Numbered from the stretch's first letter, positions 48,150 to 58,767 are shown. The stretch is DNA of 64,000 nt from a virus (IMGVR_UViG_3300020045_008999:480001-544000), one strand, 5' to 3'. Notes: generated by a model not told the origin, from the letters alone. Program-made: numbers and translations.

Positions 48150-48692
48150 ATGAAAAAAACATCTGAAATATTTGTTGAAATGGACAAAGGGATATTCAAA
48201 TGTAACATACTGAATGTACCATACACATACAATTCAATCCTCAGAAAGCTTTATACAACACAATTTAACATTGCATTACTTCGGGACAATGACATTAATT
48301 ATGAAATTGCAAACAATTATGCTTCTTTTCTAAATCGTTCAAGTTATGTAAGAAATACTTACATAACACTATCCGAGGCTATCGAAATTACACAAAATAT
48401 TCAGAAGTTGGTTGAAGTTGATAGAATAAACATGTTTAAATTTGGGATACCCGAATATCCACAAATATGTGTTCAACTTGATGCTGCTACCAAAAAAATT
48501 CATGGTGGTAATATTTCACAAATATGGGCAATTGATCTAAAAACACTAAAGCTAGTGGAAAATGAAGAACAACGTAAAGATGTGATCAATAGTGTTTTTG
48601 ATACTATTAATAAAAATAGTCTAGAACCATATGAATATTCATTAAGCGAAATGGTAATGCGCCCTAATAAAAAATGTAAAATCTGGAATTAG
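48150..48692 (+). CDS. hypothetical protein
   Basis: ATG at 48150 follows host-type TATATTTG (48121-48128). Confidence 0.55.
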   Translation: MKKTSEIFVEMDKGIFKCNILNVPYTYNSILRKLYTTQFNIALLRDNDINYEIANNYASFLNRSSYVRNTYITLSEAIEITQNIQKLVEVDRINMFKFGIPEYPQICVQLDAATKKIHGGNISQIWAIDLKTLKLVENEEQRKDVINSVFDTINKNSLEPYEYSLSEMVMRPNKKCKIWN

Positions 48693-48741
48693 TAATTTTA
48701 GCGTTAAAATACTTTTTAATCATAAAAAAATTTACAAAAAT

Positions 48742-49047
48742 ATGAAAATTATTTATTTAGGAAATGAAATTGATCATACGATAGAACATGAAATATTCTC
48801 GAATTCAGAATTTGGATTTGATATCCAAATTACTCATACACCAGAGAGTTGGTATACCAATAAAAAAATTATAGCAAACAACTGTACCGAATTTCATTGG
48901 AAATATGATGACCTGAGTAGAAATACCAACTTAGGCGACCAAGTTGCATTTGAAAGTGATATCCACGGCAGCGGTTTTACCAGAAAATGTAATACAATTG
49001 AATCGGTTGTAATTGATTTAGCAACGGTAGAACATGAAGAATTCTAA
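48742..49047 (+). CDS. hypothetical protein
   Basis: 101-aa ORF with A-rich leader. Confidence 0.55.
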   Translation: MKIIYLGNEIDHTIEHEIFSNSEFGFDIQITHTPESWYTNKKIIANNCTEFHWKYDDLSRNTNLGDQVAFESDIHGSGFTRKCNTIESVVIDLATVEHEEF

Positions 49048-49062
49048 TTAAATATCACTACA

Positions 49063-49329
49063 ATGAATGATCCGTACAAAAAACACACCACTAACGGTAT
49101 GGTGCACGAGAGAATGAATATTAAGTCCGGATTTAGTTTTACCACTATAATAGCAACTGGAATTGCTGGTGAAACAACATCATTATGTATATATGATGGT
49201 AGGTGTAGGCCGGAATCAATGGATGGACAGGTACGGGAATATATCATCCCACTCAGCGTAGAGGAGTTGGAACAATTAGGTGAAATGATTAAGAAATCCA
49301 TAAACAAACGCAACAAAACACTACTATAA
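49063..49329 (+). CDS. hypothetical protein
   Basis: 88-aa ORF followed by a terminator (49315-49343). Confidence 0.5.
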   Translation: MNDPYKKHTTNGMVHERMNIKSGFSFTTIIATGIAGETTSLCIYDGRCRPESMDGQVREYIIPLSVEELEQLGEMIKKSINKRNKTLL

Positions 49330-49386
49330 GTAGTGTTTTTTTATGTTAGATACACAACTTCTATCTAAAAATTCCATATACTGGGT

Positions 49387-50058
49387 ATGGAAGATAAAAA
49401 TACCCCTATTAAATTTGAGCACCTAATGCTTGATATAGAAACAATGAGTAGTCATTCTTATGCTGCAATATTATGTATTGCAGCTATTGAATTTGACATA
49501 ACGACTGGCAAAACAGGTAAAACATTTTACCAGACAATATCATTACAATCCTCTATGGATTCTGGATTATTAGTAGATCCGGACACTATAGAATGGTGGA
49601 TGACACAAACTGATCAGTCAAAATCCGATGTATTCAAAGATACTAAACCCTTGCGAGAAACATTGAATAAATTCAGCGAATTTGTTATCCAGGGTGATTA
49701 TCAAATCTGGGGCAACTCAGCTCGTTTTGATTTAGGAATTTTACAAAATGCCTATGACAAATTATTCATTAAAATTCCTTGGGATTTCCGAAAAGAGCGA
49801 TGTCTGCGTACATTAGTATCCTTTAATCCAGAAATTAAAGAAACTCACACATATGTAGGAATTCGCCACAACGCTCTATATGACTGTTATAATCAAATTT
49901 CATATGGGTCTAGGATATGGATGATATTGAATGGTTTAACAATACCAGAGGCCATAACTTCACCACGCATAAAATGTACTTGCTCATGTCATCACCAAAA
50001 TGGAATTACTCACGTATACGCCTGTTGTGATAATGGGTATATAAAAACATATATTTAA
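49387..50058 (+). CDS. DEDDh 3'-5' exonuclease
   Basis: LMLDIETM, TIEWW, WGNSARFDLGIL, HNALYD; CAACTT-N15-ATATAC upstream. Confidence 0.85.
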   Translation: MEDKNTPIKFEHLMLDIETMSSHSYAAILCIAAIEFDITTGKTGKTFYQTISLQSSMDSGLLVDPDTIEWWMTQTDQSKSDVFKDTKPLRETLNKFSEFVIQGDYQIWGNSARFDLGILQNAYDKLFIKIPWDFRKERCLRTLVSFNPEIKETHTYVGIRHNALYDCYNQISYGSRIWMILNGLTIPEAITSPRIKCTCSCHHQNGITHVYACCDNGYIKTYI

Positions 50059-50131
50059 CACTTTTGCTATTGCTTGATTAATATATTATTCCTATATTTG
50101 CATAGTAGTACTAATTTAAATCTGTCAAATA

Positions 50132-50971
50132 ATGGGAAAAATTAAAGAAGCGTTAATTAGTGATTTTTTAAAAAAACCAATTAAGATAGGTGATTCGGTA
50201 TATGTCCGTGGATTGGGAAGACAAGATAAGAATTCTATGGGTAATTCTGCCGAAGTGATTGACATCATAACAAATACCGATGGTAGTATTTCGGTATCCA
50301 TTATGGAGCACGGTAGTGTTATAAAAATTAATCCGGATGATTACGAAAGAGTCACTAATACAATTGGTGTTAATGTCTTCACCACTAAAGATATGCGTAT
50401 ACGAAATTTTTATTTTGATCTACGTGGTATAATGTCCTTTTTATCAATTGGTACTGAAAAAACTGATACTTATAATATTAAGGGTGTTGATGTGGATCCA
50501 GTGAATTGGAACCCATATGTCGTATCAAAAAATGGTACTAATGAATACTACCAACGTGAATTTGTTTGGTCTTTGAAAGATAAGCAAAATTTAATTGATA
50601 GTATCTACAATTACATAAACTGTGGTTCGATTTTGGTTAGAAAACGTTCATGGCAAGAAATTGAGAAGTTAATTGAAAATGGACAGAGCGATGTTGCGTT
50701 TATTGACATAGTAGATGGTAAACAGCGAATGAATGCGATATCCGAATTCACAACAGACCAATTTCCAGACTCATATGGAAATTTTTTCTCAGATTTATCT
50801 AAACGGTCTCATGGTATTTTTTACACATCTCAACTATTTTCATTTGGTGTTATGGATGAAGATATCGATGACCAGATGATAATAAAACAGTTTTTGAAAT
50901 TAAATTTTACCGGGGTACCACAATCAAGTGAGCATTTAGAATTTGTAAAATCAATAAATAACCGAATGTAA
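50132..50971 (+). CDS. DUF262 (GmrS/ParB-like) domain protein with N-terminal KOW-like domain
   Basis: YQREFVWS..KQNLIDSI, IVDGKQRMNAI, FLKLN. Confidence 0.78.
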   Translation: MGKIKEALISDFLKKPIKIGDSVYVRGLGRQDKNSMGNSAEVIDIITNTDGSISVSIMEHGSVIKINPDDYERVTNTIGVNVFTTKDMRIRNFYFDLRGIMSFLSIGTEKTDTYNIKGVDVDPVNWNPYVVSKNGTNEYYQREFVWSLKDKQNLIDSIYNYINCGSILVRKRSWQEIEKLIENGQSDVAFIDIVDGKQRMNAISEFTTDQFPDSYGNFFSDLSKRSHGIFYTSQLFSFGVMDEDIDDQMIIKQFLKLNFTGVPQSSEHLEFVKSINNRM

Positions 50972-50976
50972 TTATT

Positions 50977-51489
50977 ATGAGTAATATTAAAAAATTAGAA
51001 TACAGAATGTATGGATTAGTTGCATATCAACTGAGTCCAATTCAAAAAGGAATCCAATTTATGCATGCCGCTACCCGTTACGGTGTACGATTTGGTGGGA
51101 AAGAAACGGAATATGATGATTGGGCTTTCTTACACGAGACCGTTGTTTTATTATGTGGCGGAACAACCAATAAAAAATTTGAGAAGTTGGGCACATTGAA
51201 TAAATATGCCAATCAACTAGATCAAATGAATGTCCTGACTGCACCATTTTATGAAGAAGATTTGGGCGATCAAATGACTGCTATTGCATTTTTACTAGAT
51301 GAGCGAGTATACGATCGAAAAAAATATCCAGATTTTGAATTTGTGATAAAAAATCAACCGGATCGATTAAACCCAATATTTGTTAATGATGTCGAAAACG
51401 AAAAATGGCTAACATGGGTTGATTCAAATGGTGGAATCCAAGTTAATACTTTGAGGGAATTTATTCGTCCATTAAAACTAGCAAGATAA
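50977..51489 (+). CDS. peptidyl-tRNA hydrolase type 2 (PTH2)-like protein
   Basis: RMYGLV..LSPIQKGIQFMHA, TVVLL, FYEEDLGDQMTAIAF. Confidence 0.55.
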   Translation: MSNIKKLEYRMYGLVAYQLSPIQKGIQFMHAATRYGVRFGGKETEYDDWAFLHETVVLLCGGTTNKKFEKLGTLNKYANQLDQMNVLTAPFYEEDLGDQMTAIAFLLDERVYDRKKYPDFEFVIKNQPDRLNPIFVNDVENEKWLTWVDSNGGIQVNTLREFIRPLKLAR

Positions 51490-51509
51490 AAATAAAAATA
51501 CCAAATAAA

Positions 51510-51536
51510 AAACTTTATAGGATCTTCTGACTATAA
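51510..51536 (+). promoter_or_regulatory. putative ECF-type promoter AAACTT-N15-CTATAA
   Basis: Recurrent motif upstream of the clpC-like gene. Confidence 0.55.
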
Positions 51537-51556
51537 TTACTAATTAATATAAACAT

Positions 51557-53656
51557 ATGAACCCAAAGAAAATCACAACATTAACTGATCGTAAAATCGA
51601 CGCAGAACAACTGAAAATCAATAATTCTATAGGTGATGATGACGACGATAACTCACCAAAGTACAAATCTAGCTATACACCAGATCCTAAATCTAAAACA
51701 CCGGTGATTGATCAATTCTGTAGAGACTTGTCCAAAATGGCCGAAGAAAAGAAGTTAGATACTGTAGTGGGCCGAAGCGAAGAAGTACATCGCGTATCCG
51801 TTATTTTATCACGACGTAAAAAAAATAACCCACTATTGATTGGTGAACCAGGGGTTGGTAAAACAAGTATCGCTGACCAGTTAGCTATGCAAATCGCCGA
51901 AAAGAAAGTGTCGCGCACATTATATGATAAAAGAATCGTATCCGTTGATTTGGGACAAATGGTTGCCGGTACTAAATACCGCGGTCAATTTGAAGAACGA
52001 ATCAAGGCATTGGTATTGGAACTTGAAAAAAATCCGCATATTATTCTTTTTATTGACGAAATCCACACAATCATAGGTGCGGGAGGTTCTGCCGGCTCTA
52101 TGGATGCTGCTAATATGTTAAAGCCAGCATTATCGCGTGGTGATATTCAGGTTATTGGTGCGACAACATTAGAGGAATATCGCAAACATATTGAAAAAGA
52201 CGGGGCTTTAGATCGTCGATTTCAAAAAGTTACGATCAATCCACCAAGTGAGGAAGATTCAATTATTATTTTGAATAATATAAAAGGCATGTATGAGGCA
52301 CACCATAATGTTATTTATTCACCAGAAGCAATTGAAGCTTGTGTGCGTTTAACATCACGTTACATTACCGATCGAAACTTACCGGATAAAGCCATTGATG
52401 CTATGGACGAGGTCGGTTCTAATATTCGCATTGCAAACATCGTAGTCCCACAAGAAATCTTAGACATTGAAATAAAAATTGCAGAGACTATTGAAAATAA
52501 AAATTTGGTAGTGAAGCAACAAAAGTATGAAGATGCCGCTAAACTTAGGGATGTTGAGAAAAAATTAGAAGTCATCTTAGTAGATGCTACTAATAAGTGG
52601 GAGGAAGACCAAATCAATAACAAAAAGATAATCACCGAGGATAATGTTGCCGGTATTGTTTCTAGAATGAGCGGAATTCCGTTGCAAAAAATTAACCAAT
52701 CCGAAACTAAAAAATTATCTACAATGTTTGATGAATTATCAAGCAAGGTAATCGGTCAAGATTTTGCGGTTGATAAAGTCGTAAAGGCAATTCAACGTGG
52801 TAGAGTTGGTATGAAAGATCCAAACAAACCATTATTTTCTGGATTATTGATCGGTAATTCCGGAGTTGGTAAAAGTGAATTAGCTAAACAATTAGCCAGA
52901 CAGATGTTTGATAATGACAGCTCATTAATTCGCATTGATATGAGTGAATATAGTGAGAAAGTATCGGTGAATAAAATAATCGGATCACCTAGTGGGTATA
53001 TTGGTTATGACGATAGTAATATATTGGACAAAATCAAAAGAAATCCCTATAGTGTAATACTTTTCGATGAAATTGAAAAGGCACATCCTGAAGTGTTTAA
53101 TCTATTCCTACAGATGTTAGATGATGGTCACTTGACTAATTCACAAGGGGTTACGGTATCATTCAAAAATACCATAATTTTAATGACATCAAATGTTGGT
53201 ACACGAAAAGTAAAGGAATTTGGTAGTGGGTTAGGGTACGGAACATCAACCAAAGTTAATAATTCATCTGATTCAATCAGATCCATATTGGATAAAGAAC
53301 TTAAAGTAGTATTTGCCCCGGAATTCTTAAATAGAATTGATGAAATAATTTATTTCAAAGATTTGGACCGCGAAGATATTAGTAAAATTGTTATTTTAGA
53401 GACTAATAAGTCTTTGAAAAGAGCAAAAACATTAGGATTGGATGTATCAATAGATCAGAGTCTAATCGATCACATTGCTACGGTTGGATATGATAAGGAT
53501 TTTGGCGCAAGGCCCTTGAAAAGAGCTGTACAGAAATTTATCGATGATGCAATTACCGAATATATTATTAAGAACGAACCAATTAAGTGTACACTGGTGA
53601 TGAAATTGAGCGAATCACTAGAAACCGAGATCGAGGATGTTACCGAGAATATTTAA
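51557..53656 (+). CDS. clpC: ClpC-like Hsp100 AAA+ ATPase lacking the N-terminal Clp repeat domain
   Basis: GEPGVGKT, GTKYRGQFEER, LFIDEIH, UVR-type middle domain YEDAAKLRD, GNSGVGKS, RIDMSEY, putative ClpP loop GLGYG, PEFLNRID, GARPL. Confidence 0.88.
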   Translation: MNPKKITTLTDRKIDAEQLKINNSIGDDDDDNSPKYKSSYTPDPKSKTPVIDQFCRDLSKMAEEKKLDTVVGRSEEVHRVSVILSRRKKNNPLLIGEPGVGKTSIADQLAMQIAEKKVSRTLYDKRIVSVDLGQMVAGTKYRGQFEERIKALVLELEKNPHIILFIDEIHTIIGAGGSAGSMDAANMLKPALSRGDIQVIGATTLEEYRKHIEKDGALDRRFQKVTINPPSEEDSIIILNNIKGMYEAHHNVIYSPEAIEACVRLTSRYITDRNLPDKAIDAMDEVGSNIRIANIVVPQEILDIEIKIAETIENKNLVVKQQKYEDAAKLRDVEKKLEVILVDATNKWEEDQINNKKIITEDNVAGIVSRMSGIPLQKINQSETKKLSTMFDELSSKVIGQDFAVDKVVKAIQRGRVGMKDPNKPLFSGLLIGNSGVGKSELAKQLARQMFDNDSSLIRIDMSEYSEKVSVNKIIGSPSGYIGYDDSNILDKIKRNPYSVILFDEIEKAHPEVFNLFLQMLDDGHLTNSQGVTVSFKNTIILMTSNVGTRKVKEFGSGLGYGTSTKVNNSSDSIRSILDKELKVVFAPEFLNRIDEIIYFKDLDREDISKIVILETNKSLKRAKTLGLDVSIDQSLIDHIATVGYDKDFGARPLKRAVQKFIDDAITEYIIKNEPIKCTLVMKLSESLETEIEDVTENI

Positions 53657-53690
53657 AAAAAGAGGGAAGCTTAGCTTCCCTCTTTTTTTT
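53655..53690. terminator. bidirectional intrinsic terminator
   Basis: AAAAAAAGAGGGAAGC-TTA-GCTTCCCTCTTTTTTT. Confidence 0.85.
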
Positions 53691-54288
53691 AAAACTTTTG
53701 GATAATTTTTGGCACCCTACCAACCTCGAGTACTTTTGATTGATTCAACGCAAATTCGATGTCCATAAAATTAAAGCTAAATGTCATTGTAAATACTTTG
53801 GCATTTACTTTTTGACTAGCATAATCAAATGTATTATCACTCAGGTCCATCGCGATTATTTCGGTAAATTTCATTCGATAAATTTCATCACGATGAATAT
53901 CTAACACTGAAAGCATAAAAGGCTTGATGTATAAGTTTTCAACATCTAGGTAATTTTTGATAAATATATCAAGTAATAGCGTATAATTCAAATCGGAATC
54001 TACTGATCTAAAAGTAACTTGTAGATTGTGATTCGTAAATATGTCTTGTACATTGGTTGCTGGCTTATATGTACGCACTTTACCTCTCATCAATGTTTGT
54101 TCCGGACTACTAATACTAAGTCCTGGAAAAGTTATTGATTTTATAGTAGAATTTAAGTAATCTATTACATTTGAATACTGTACATGGTTTTTTTCCAATA
54201 GTGGGCTATACGTGTCTATAATTTCTGCCGGAATTAAATCACTCGGAAGATTAAATACAAATGCACTGGATTGACTGGATAATCTCAT
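53689..54288 (-). CDS. probable tail-tube-fold structural protein
   Basis: TIKSITFPGL...LQVTF...LSDNTFDY..FTMTFSFN pattern resembles T4-like tube/terminator proteins; late operon. Confidence 0.45.
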   Translation of the reverse strand: MRLSSQSSAFVFNLPSDLIPAEIIDTYSPLLEKNHVQYSNVIDYLNSTIKSITFPGLSISSPEQTLMRGKVRTYKPATNVQDIFTNHNLQVTFRSVDSDLNYTLLLDIFIKNYLDVENLYIKPFMLSVLDIHRDEIYRMKFTEIIAMDLSDNTFDYASQKVNAKVFTMTFSFNFMDIEFALNQSKVLEVGRVPKIIQKF

Positions 54289-54291
54289 TTT

Positions 54292-56076
54292 TTAAATATT
54301 ATTTGTGTTATCGATAGTAGTGGTTTCTATGGTACGAATAGTAACAACCGCTGTTTCCTGAATCGCGTTAGATTCTTCGGTGATGATAGTATCCTCAGCA
54401 ATTATTTGTTGTGCATTTATATCATTTAGATTATCATTATTATCCCATATTTTGAATAACCCAGAATAAATCGAGGTTGTCAAACTATCGCTGGTTGTGG
54501 TGATATAGAATGTATTATATCCACTGTTGTACATTTTTCGAATATCATTAATTTTAGAACTGGAAATTTTAAATACAACAGCACCGATCGTTAATGAAAC
54601 TTGACCACCCTCCATGTACAATGGAAAAGCATAGGTATTTTTATCACTTTTAAATACAATATTTATGTCCCCGGCAGCAGACAAATCTAAATAATTAATT
54701 ATTGAATTATCTATTCTGTCAGCAATGATCAATTTTACAATATTATCAAAGGGGAATAACATTATTTTACACTCACCCATTCCCCAGAATGTATCTTTCC
54801 CAACCCGAACACTATTACTCTTACACACAACACTGTTTTTATCAATTAGTACCGGAAATGGTACCTTAATAGGCTCTAGCTGGATACTAGTTGATCCAAC
54901 CCCGATACCAACCTCGCCAGACAATATCCCAGCACCCAATGGATTTTTGATGTTATATATTTTGGGTTTGTTTGCAGTGGCTAGATTAATTTTCATCATC
55001 TTTAGTGAGTATTTGGATACTTCATCCTGTAACATTCCATAAGATGCTCTTCGCTGCAATTGTGATCCATCGATTATATCAATCAAATTCATTTCAACAT
55101 CTATTATCGCAGTAGTGGTGGAGTATTTAATGATTGGCCTATACTCAATTTTTTCATTGAAATTATCCGCTACGTAAATGCTTATGGTTTTACCCCTAAT
55201 ATTTTGTTCGTATATGGTAATTTTATATTCAACGTTATATTTATGTCCTTGTGAAATAGCGTTTAGAATCATGCTTTTGAAATCAAAAAGAGAATTATTG
55301 AATGTCCCATATACCTCAAAGAAATCACCATTGGTAGAATGTTCTATCTTAACACCCATGTTTTCAAATTCTGGTGCTTGTGGTACACTGACCACCGATT
55401 TAGGACCAAGTGAATATGTAGTAATTCCACTTATGACATTTTTGGAAGTTACGAAACTGAATTCTAGAAAAATTGGTGACGACGAACTAAGTCCAACACC
55501 ATTGGTTAAATTATAGTTTATCGTGTTTTCTTTTGCCATATTACCATCCCGTTGTTTAGACAACGCAAATATTGATGGTACATTGAGATCAATACACTTT
55601 CCCCATAGAGTATCCTGGTATCGAAGTGGTGGTGATGTATATCCAATGATCCCTAATGTATTGACGTCAGACATGTCAATATAAAAATTAGATATATCAT
55701 ATTTGTTTCGCATATTGTTATCATATGTATATGCTTTAATATGAAAACCGATATAATTACCAAATGTATAGTTTATTGGCATGTGAACCTTGATAGTATC
55801 ATGGCGCACTGGCATGGAATTGATATAGTCTTTAGTTTGTAAAAAAAGGTAATTTGAAGTATCCACTTTCCCCCACTTTCCCCCAACGGCATCAATGGTG
55901 AACAATGTGTTTGATAACTTATTTATAGTTGATGATGAAGACCCAGCTGCATATGATTGCGTTGATTCTTTAGAATTTAGTATTATTGAATATGGATCAG
56001 ATATTAAATTACCATCATCATACACATATTGTAACATTATGTCTTTATCAACCTTAATAAATTTAGAAACTTTCAT
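54292..56076 (-). CDS. probable virion structural protein
   Basis: 594-aa beta-rich ORF; late-type motif at 56096-56106. Confidence 0.5.
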   Translation of the reverse strand: MKVSKFIKVDKDIMLQYVYDDGNLISDPYSIILNSKESTQSYAAGSSSSTINKLSNTLFTIDAVGGKWGKVDTSNYLFLQTKDYINSMPVRHDTIKVHMPINYTFGNYIGFHIKAYTYDNNMRNKYDISNFYIDMSDVNTLGIIGYTSPPLRYQDTLWGKCIDLNVPSIFALSKQRDGNMAKENTINYNLTNGVGLSSSSPIFLEFSFVTSKNVISGITTYSLGPKSVVSVPQAPEFENMGVKIEHSTNGDFFEVYGTFNNSLFDFKSMILNAISQGHKYNVEYKITIYEQNIRGKTISIYVADNFNEKIEYRPIIKYSTTTAIIDVEMNLIDIIDGSQLQRRASYGMLQDEVSKYSLKMMKINLATANKPKIYNIKNPLGAGILSGEVGIGVGSTSIQLEPIKVPFPVLIDKNSVVCKSNSVRVGKDTFWGMGECKIMLFPFDNIVKLIIADRIDNSIINYLDLSAAGDINIVFKSDKNTYAFPLYMEGGQVSLTIGAVVFKISSSKINDIRKMYNSGYNTFYITTTSDSLTTSIYSGLFKIWDNNDNLNDINAQQIIAEDTIITEESNAIQETAVVTIRTIETTTIDNTNNI

Positions 56077-56115
56077 CCAAAATATATATTTTTTTTATAT
56101 ATAAAAAAACCGATA

Positions 56116-56514
56116 CTATGTATCGGTTTTTTTCATTTTATCAAACAATGTTGAACGAATTTCATCATCACTCGAATTTGGATTGTGTTTTTTTATTTCT
56201 AGATAAAGTTCCTCTTCATCCCGCTTTAATCGTTCTATACTTACATTAATTGGATCTATTAATTTCGAAATTCGATCACTTTCAGTTTCCATTTCGGTCA
56301 TTTTATCCAGAATGTGTTTAGTTGCTTCGTTTATACTACTCACTTGTTTAATAGGTCCGGATATGTATTGCTCTAATTCACCGGTTATTTTTAATAAATA
56401 TTCCGTTAATAACTTCGCTTCCGATTCATAATTACCTAAATTTTGCTTAAGAATATTAAATTCATTTTTTATGCTGATTGCGCTATCAACCAAGGTGTCA
56501 TCAATATAAACCAT
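56116..56514 (-). CDS. hypothetical coiled-coil protein
   Basis: Heptad-rich 132-aa ORF coupled to the upstream gene. Confidence 0.55.
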   Translation of the reverse strand: MVYIDDTLVDSAISIKNEFNILKQNLGNYESEAKLLTEYLLKITGELEQYISGPIKQVSSINEATKHILDKMTEMETESDRISKLIDPINVSIERLKRDEEELYLEIKKHNPNSSDDEIRSTLFDKMKKTDT

Positions 56515-57371
56515 TATTGAGTTAATTTTTTTGTTGGTGTTGTTTTACTATTTGATCTAGGGGTTCTAGGTTTTTTATTTACCACAACAGTACTTTCAAC
56601 AATAGTTGGGTTTACAACCCCACCAAGTTTATTTTCAGAAACAATTTTATTAATCTCATCAATGATCAACTGTTTAATTGCGTTAGGATCTGCTAATAAT
56701 TTATTAGTAAACTCATCGGCAAGGTATTCGATAATAGACGTGTTATACGAATCTTCCATCATTTCTATAAAATCGATTCTTGGTATCATGCCAGCAATCT
56801 TGACATCTACACTAAACTCTTTACTACGTTTAACCCCTTTAAACATTACATAAATAGGATCCTCGGTGACCACTGCCGCAAAGGACGGTACGTTAGTGCT
56901 AATTGGTTGATGTACTTCAACCACACCGGAGTCGTCAATTATGGACTGCAACATATCGCTTTGTATTCTGGCTTGTTCTAATGAAGACGAACCATTGCTC
57001 ATTTGTGAAACTCGATCTTCTAACAGTCTACGCTCTTCCGAAGGATCAACATCAATGATTAATGATTCACCACCCGGATTAAAATTATTATACCCAGTAC
57101 TCAGTTCCACAATTCCAGCATCTTGTTGCATTTGTTCTAATACTTCATCCGGAACGGCTTTTATTTTCTCACTCAATAAATTATAAGCAGATTTTGTTAA
57201 AAATTCGGCCGGATCTATAAAATCATCATACGCGCTTTTATCCAATAGTTTTATTATTGAAACATTCATATTATCATCCAACAATGCAACATCACCATCC
57301 TGACTGATCACTGAACTAGTGACATTATTGGATAAATTAACATATTTCTTACCTACTAAATTTGGATACAT
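56514..57371 (-). CDS. hypothetical protein
   Basis: 285-aa ORF; CAACTT-N15-GTATAA at 57390-57416. Confidence 0.6.
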   Translation of the reverse strand: MYPNLVGKKYVNLSNNVTSSVISQDGDVALLDDNMNVSIIKLLDKSAYDDFIDPAEFLTKSAYNLLSEKIKAVPDEVLEQMQQDAGIVELSTGYNNFNPGGESLIIDVDPSEERRLLEDRVSQMSNGSSSLEQARIQSDMLQSIIDDSGVVEVHQPISTNVPSFAAVVTEDPIYVMFKGVKRSKEFSVDVKIAGMIPRIDFIEMMEDSYNTSIIEYLADEFTNKLLADPNAIKQLIIDEINKIVSENKLGGVVNPTIVESTVVVNKKPRTPRSNSKTTPTKKLTQ

Positions 57372-57442
57372 ACTAACTATTTTTTATTTTTATACTCATT
57401 ATATAGTAAAAAGTTGTATATTTGTTTGTAAATATTTAATAC

Positions 57443-57847
57443 TTGGAAAATATGAAAGCATTTTTAAATAAAGATAACCGAATTAAACGCGATGAAAATT
57501 ATGGTTTAATGAGCTCAATACGAACTATCATAGCCAATCGAATAAGGGATGAATATAATTCCGAGTTATCCGCACTGGCCACGGAGCAAGATAAGCTATT
57601 GAAAACTGAGTTTGCATTTTATGATTCGGTATGGGAAATTCTCAAAACAATTACACCAACAACCAAAGTGAAAATTATTACTCAGGTTGGTCCAGGTTCA
57701 TCAATTTCAAACGAACATATTGGCACAGTTACTGATTTCCCATTAGTTTGGAGTGGTCAGAAGCATTTCAACTTTATTTCTCACAATTTAGATAACGAGA
57801 AACGCACAATAGGTTTCAGTTGTCTTCAATCAATTGAAATTATTTAA
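57443..57847 (+). CDS. hypothetical protein
   Basis: Host-type TATATTTG at 57417-57424; alternative ATG at 57452. Confidence 0.55.
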   Translation: MENMKAFLNKDNRIKRDENYGLMSSIRTIIANRIRDEYNSELSALATEQDKLLKTEFAFYDSVWEILKTITPTTKVKIITQVGPGSSISNEHIGTVTDFPLVWSGQKHFNFISHNLDNEKRTIGFSCLQSIEII

Positions 57848-57848
57848 T

Positions 57849-58103
57849 ATGGTAAAGTATATAAGACTACTGAGTTACACCGGCGCGTTGACGGTTATCG
57901 ATTTCGTGGATAGTACCCAATCAAGTGATAATTATGCGAATATAACCCCTGGTGGGTTATGTGTGAATGTTAATGAAAAGGATTGGGAATTAGTACTCAA
58001 TTTTATTCAATCACTAAATACTAGATTTGAAGTGACTGATGAACATCCCATGGCGGTAGAGTCTCGCATCGTGAAAGACTATAAATTGAATAATTTGATA
58101 TAA
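57849..58103 (+). CDS. hypothetical protein
   Basis: ATG at 57849, directly after the upstream stop. Confidence 0.5.
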   Translation: MVKYIRLLSYTGALTVIDFVDSTQSSDNYANITPGGLCVNVNEKDWELVLNFIQSLNTRFEVTDEHPMAVESRIVKDYKLNNLI

Positions 58104-58134
58104 TCGTCTAAAAAATATAATTTACAAAAGAAGT

Positions 58135-58767
58135 ATGAAATATGGTGATTTACCAGTACCTATATGCGAATATCGCATAAAATGTGACGAGATGATGTTT
58201 TATCAATACTTACCAATCAAAATGGTATTATCTGATGAAATAAAATATGAGCCTAGATTAAACTGTTTTGATGCAATTATATCTAAAATCTGTGATGATT
58301 TTATAGAATTATTTGGAGAAAGTGCTTATCACAATCACTACATTTACCTAACCGCAAAACACCAATATCAAGTCGCCAACACCTCTTTTAATCGTTTAGG
58401 GTACCATTCCGATGGATTTATGACCGATGACATTAATTATATTTGGAGTGATGCAAACCCAACGATTTTCAATAATTCCGACTTTACTATAACACAAGAT
58501 GATCGAATTTCATTGAGTGAGATGGAAACACAAGCCCGTGCTGAAAATCAAATAGTATATAGAGATAACAACATACTTCGATTAAATCAATTTAATATTC
58601 ATAAAGTTAACGAGTGTGATTTCAGTGGCATGCGGACTTTTTTAAAAATATCATTCAGTGTTGATAAATATGACTTGATTGGAAATTCTCATAATTATTC
58701 ACTCGATTATAATTGGGAAATGAAATTGAGACAAACCGAGCGAAATATACCACAATCTAATAAATAA
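58135..58767 (+). CDS. 2OG-Fe(II) dioxygenase-like protein
   Basis: HxD (GYHSDG), distal His (IHKV) and Arg (RTFLKISF). Confidence 0.6.
   Translation: MKYGDLPVPICEYRIKCDEMMFYQYLPIKMVLSDEIKYEPRLNCFDAIISKICDDFIELFGESAYHNHYIYLTAKHQYQVANTSFNRLGYHSDGFMTDDINYIWSDANPTIFNNSDFTITQDDRISLSEMETQARAENQIVYRDNNILRLNQFNIHKVNECDFSGMRTFLKISFSVDKYDLIGNSHNYSLDYNWEMKLRQTERNIPQSNK

Noticed and set aside
45947-49343. Near-identical hairpins AAAACACTACTA...TAGTGTTTT as mobile-element ends
   Set aside because: Both lie directly at gene ends with T tracts, and no transposase or target duplication is present; simplest as reused terminators.
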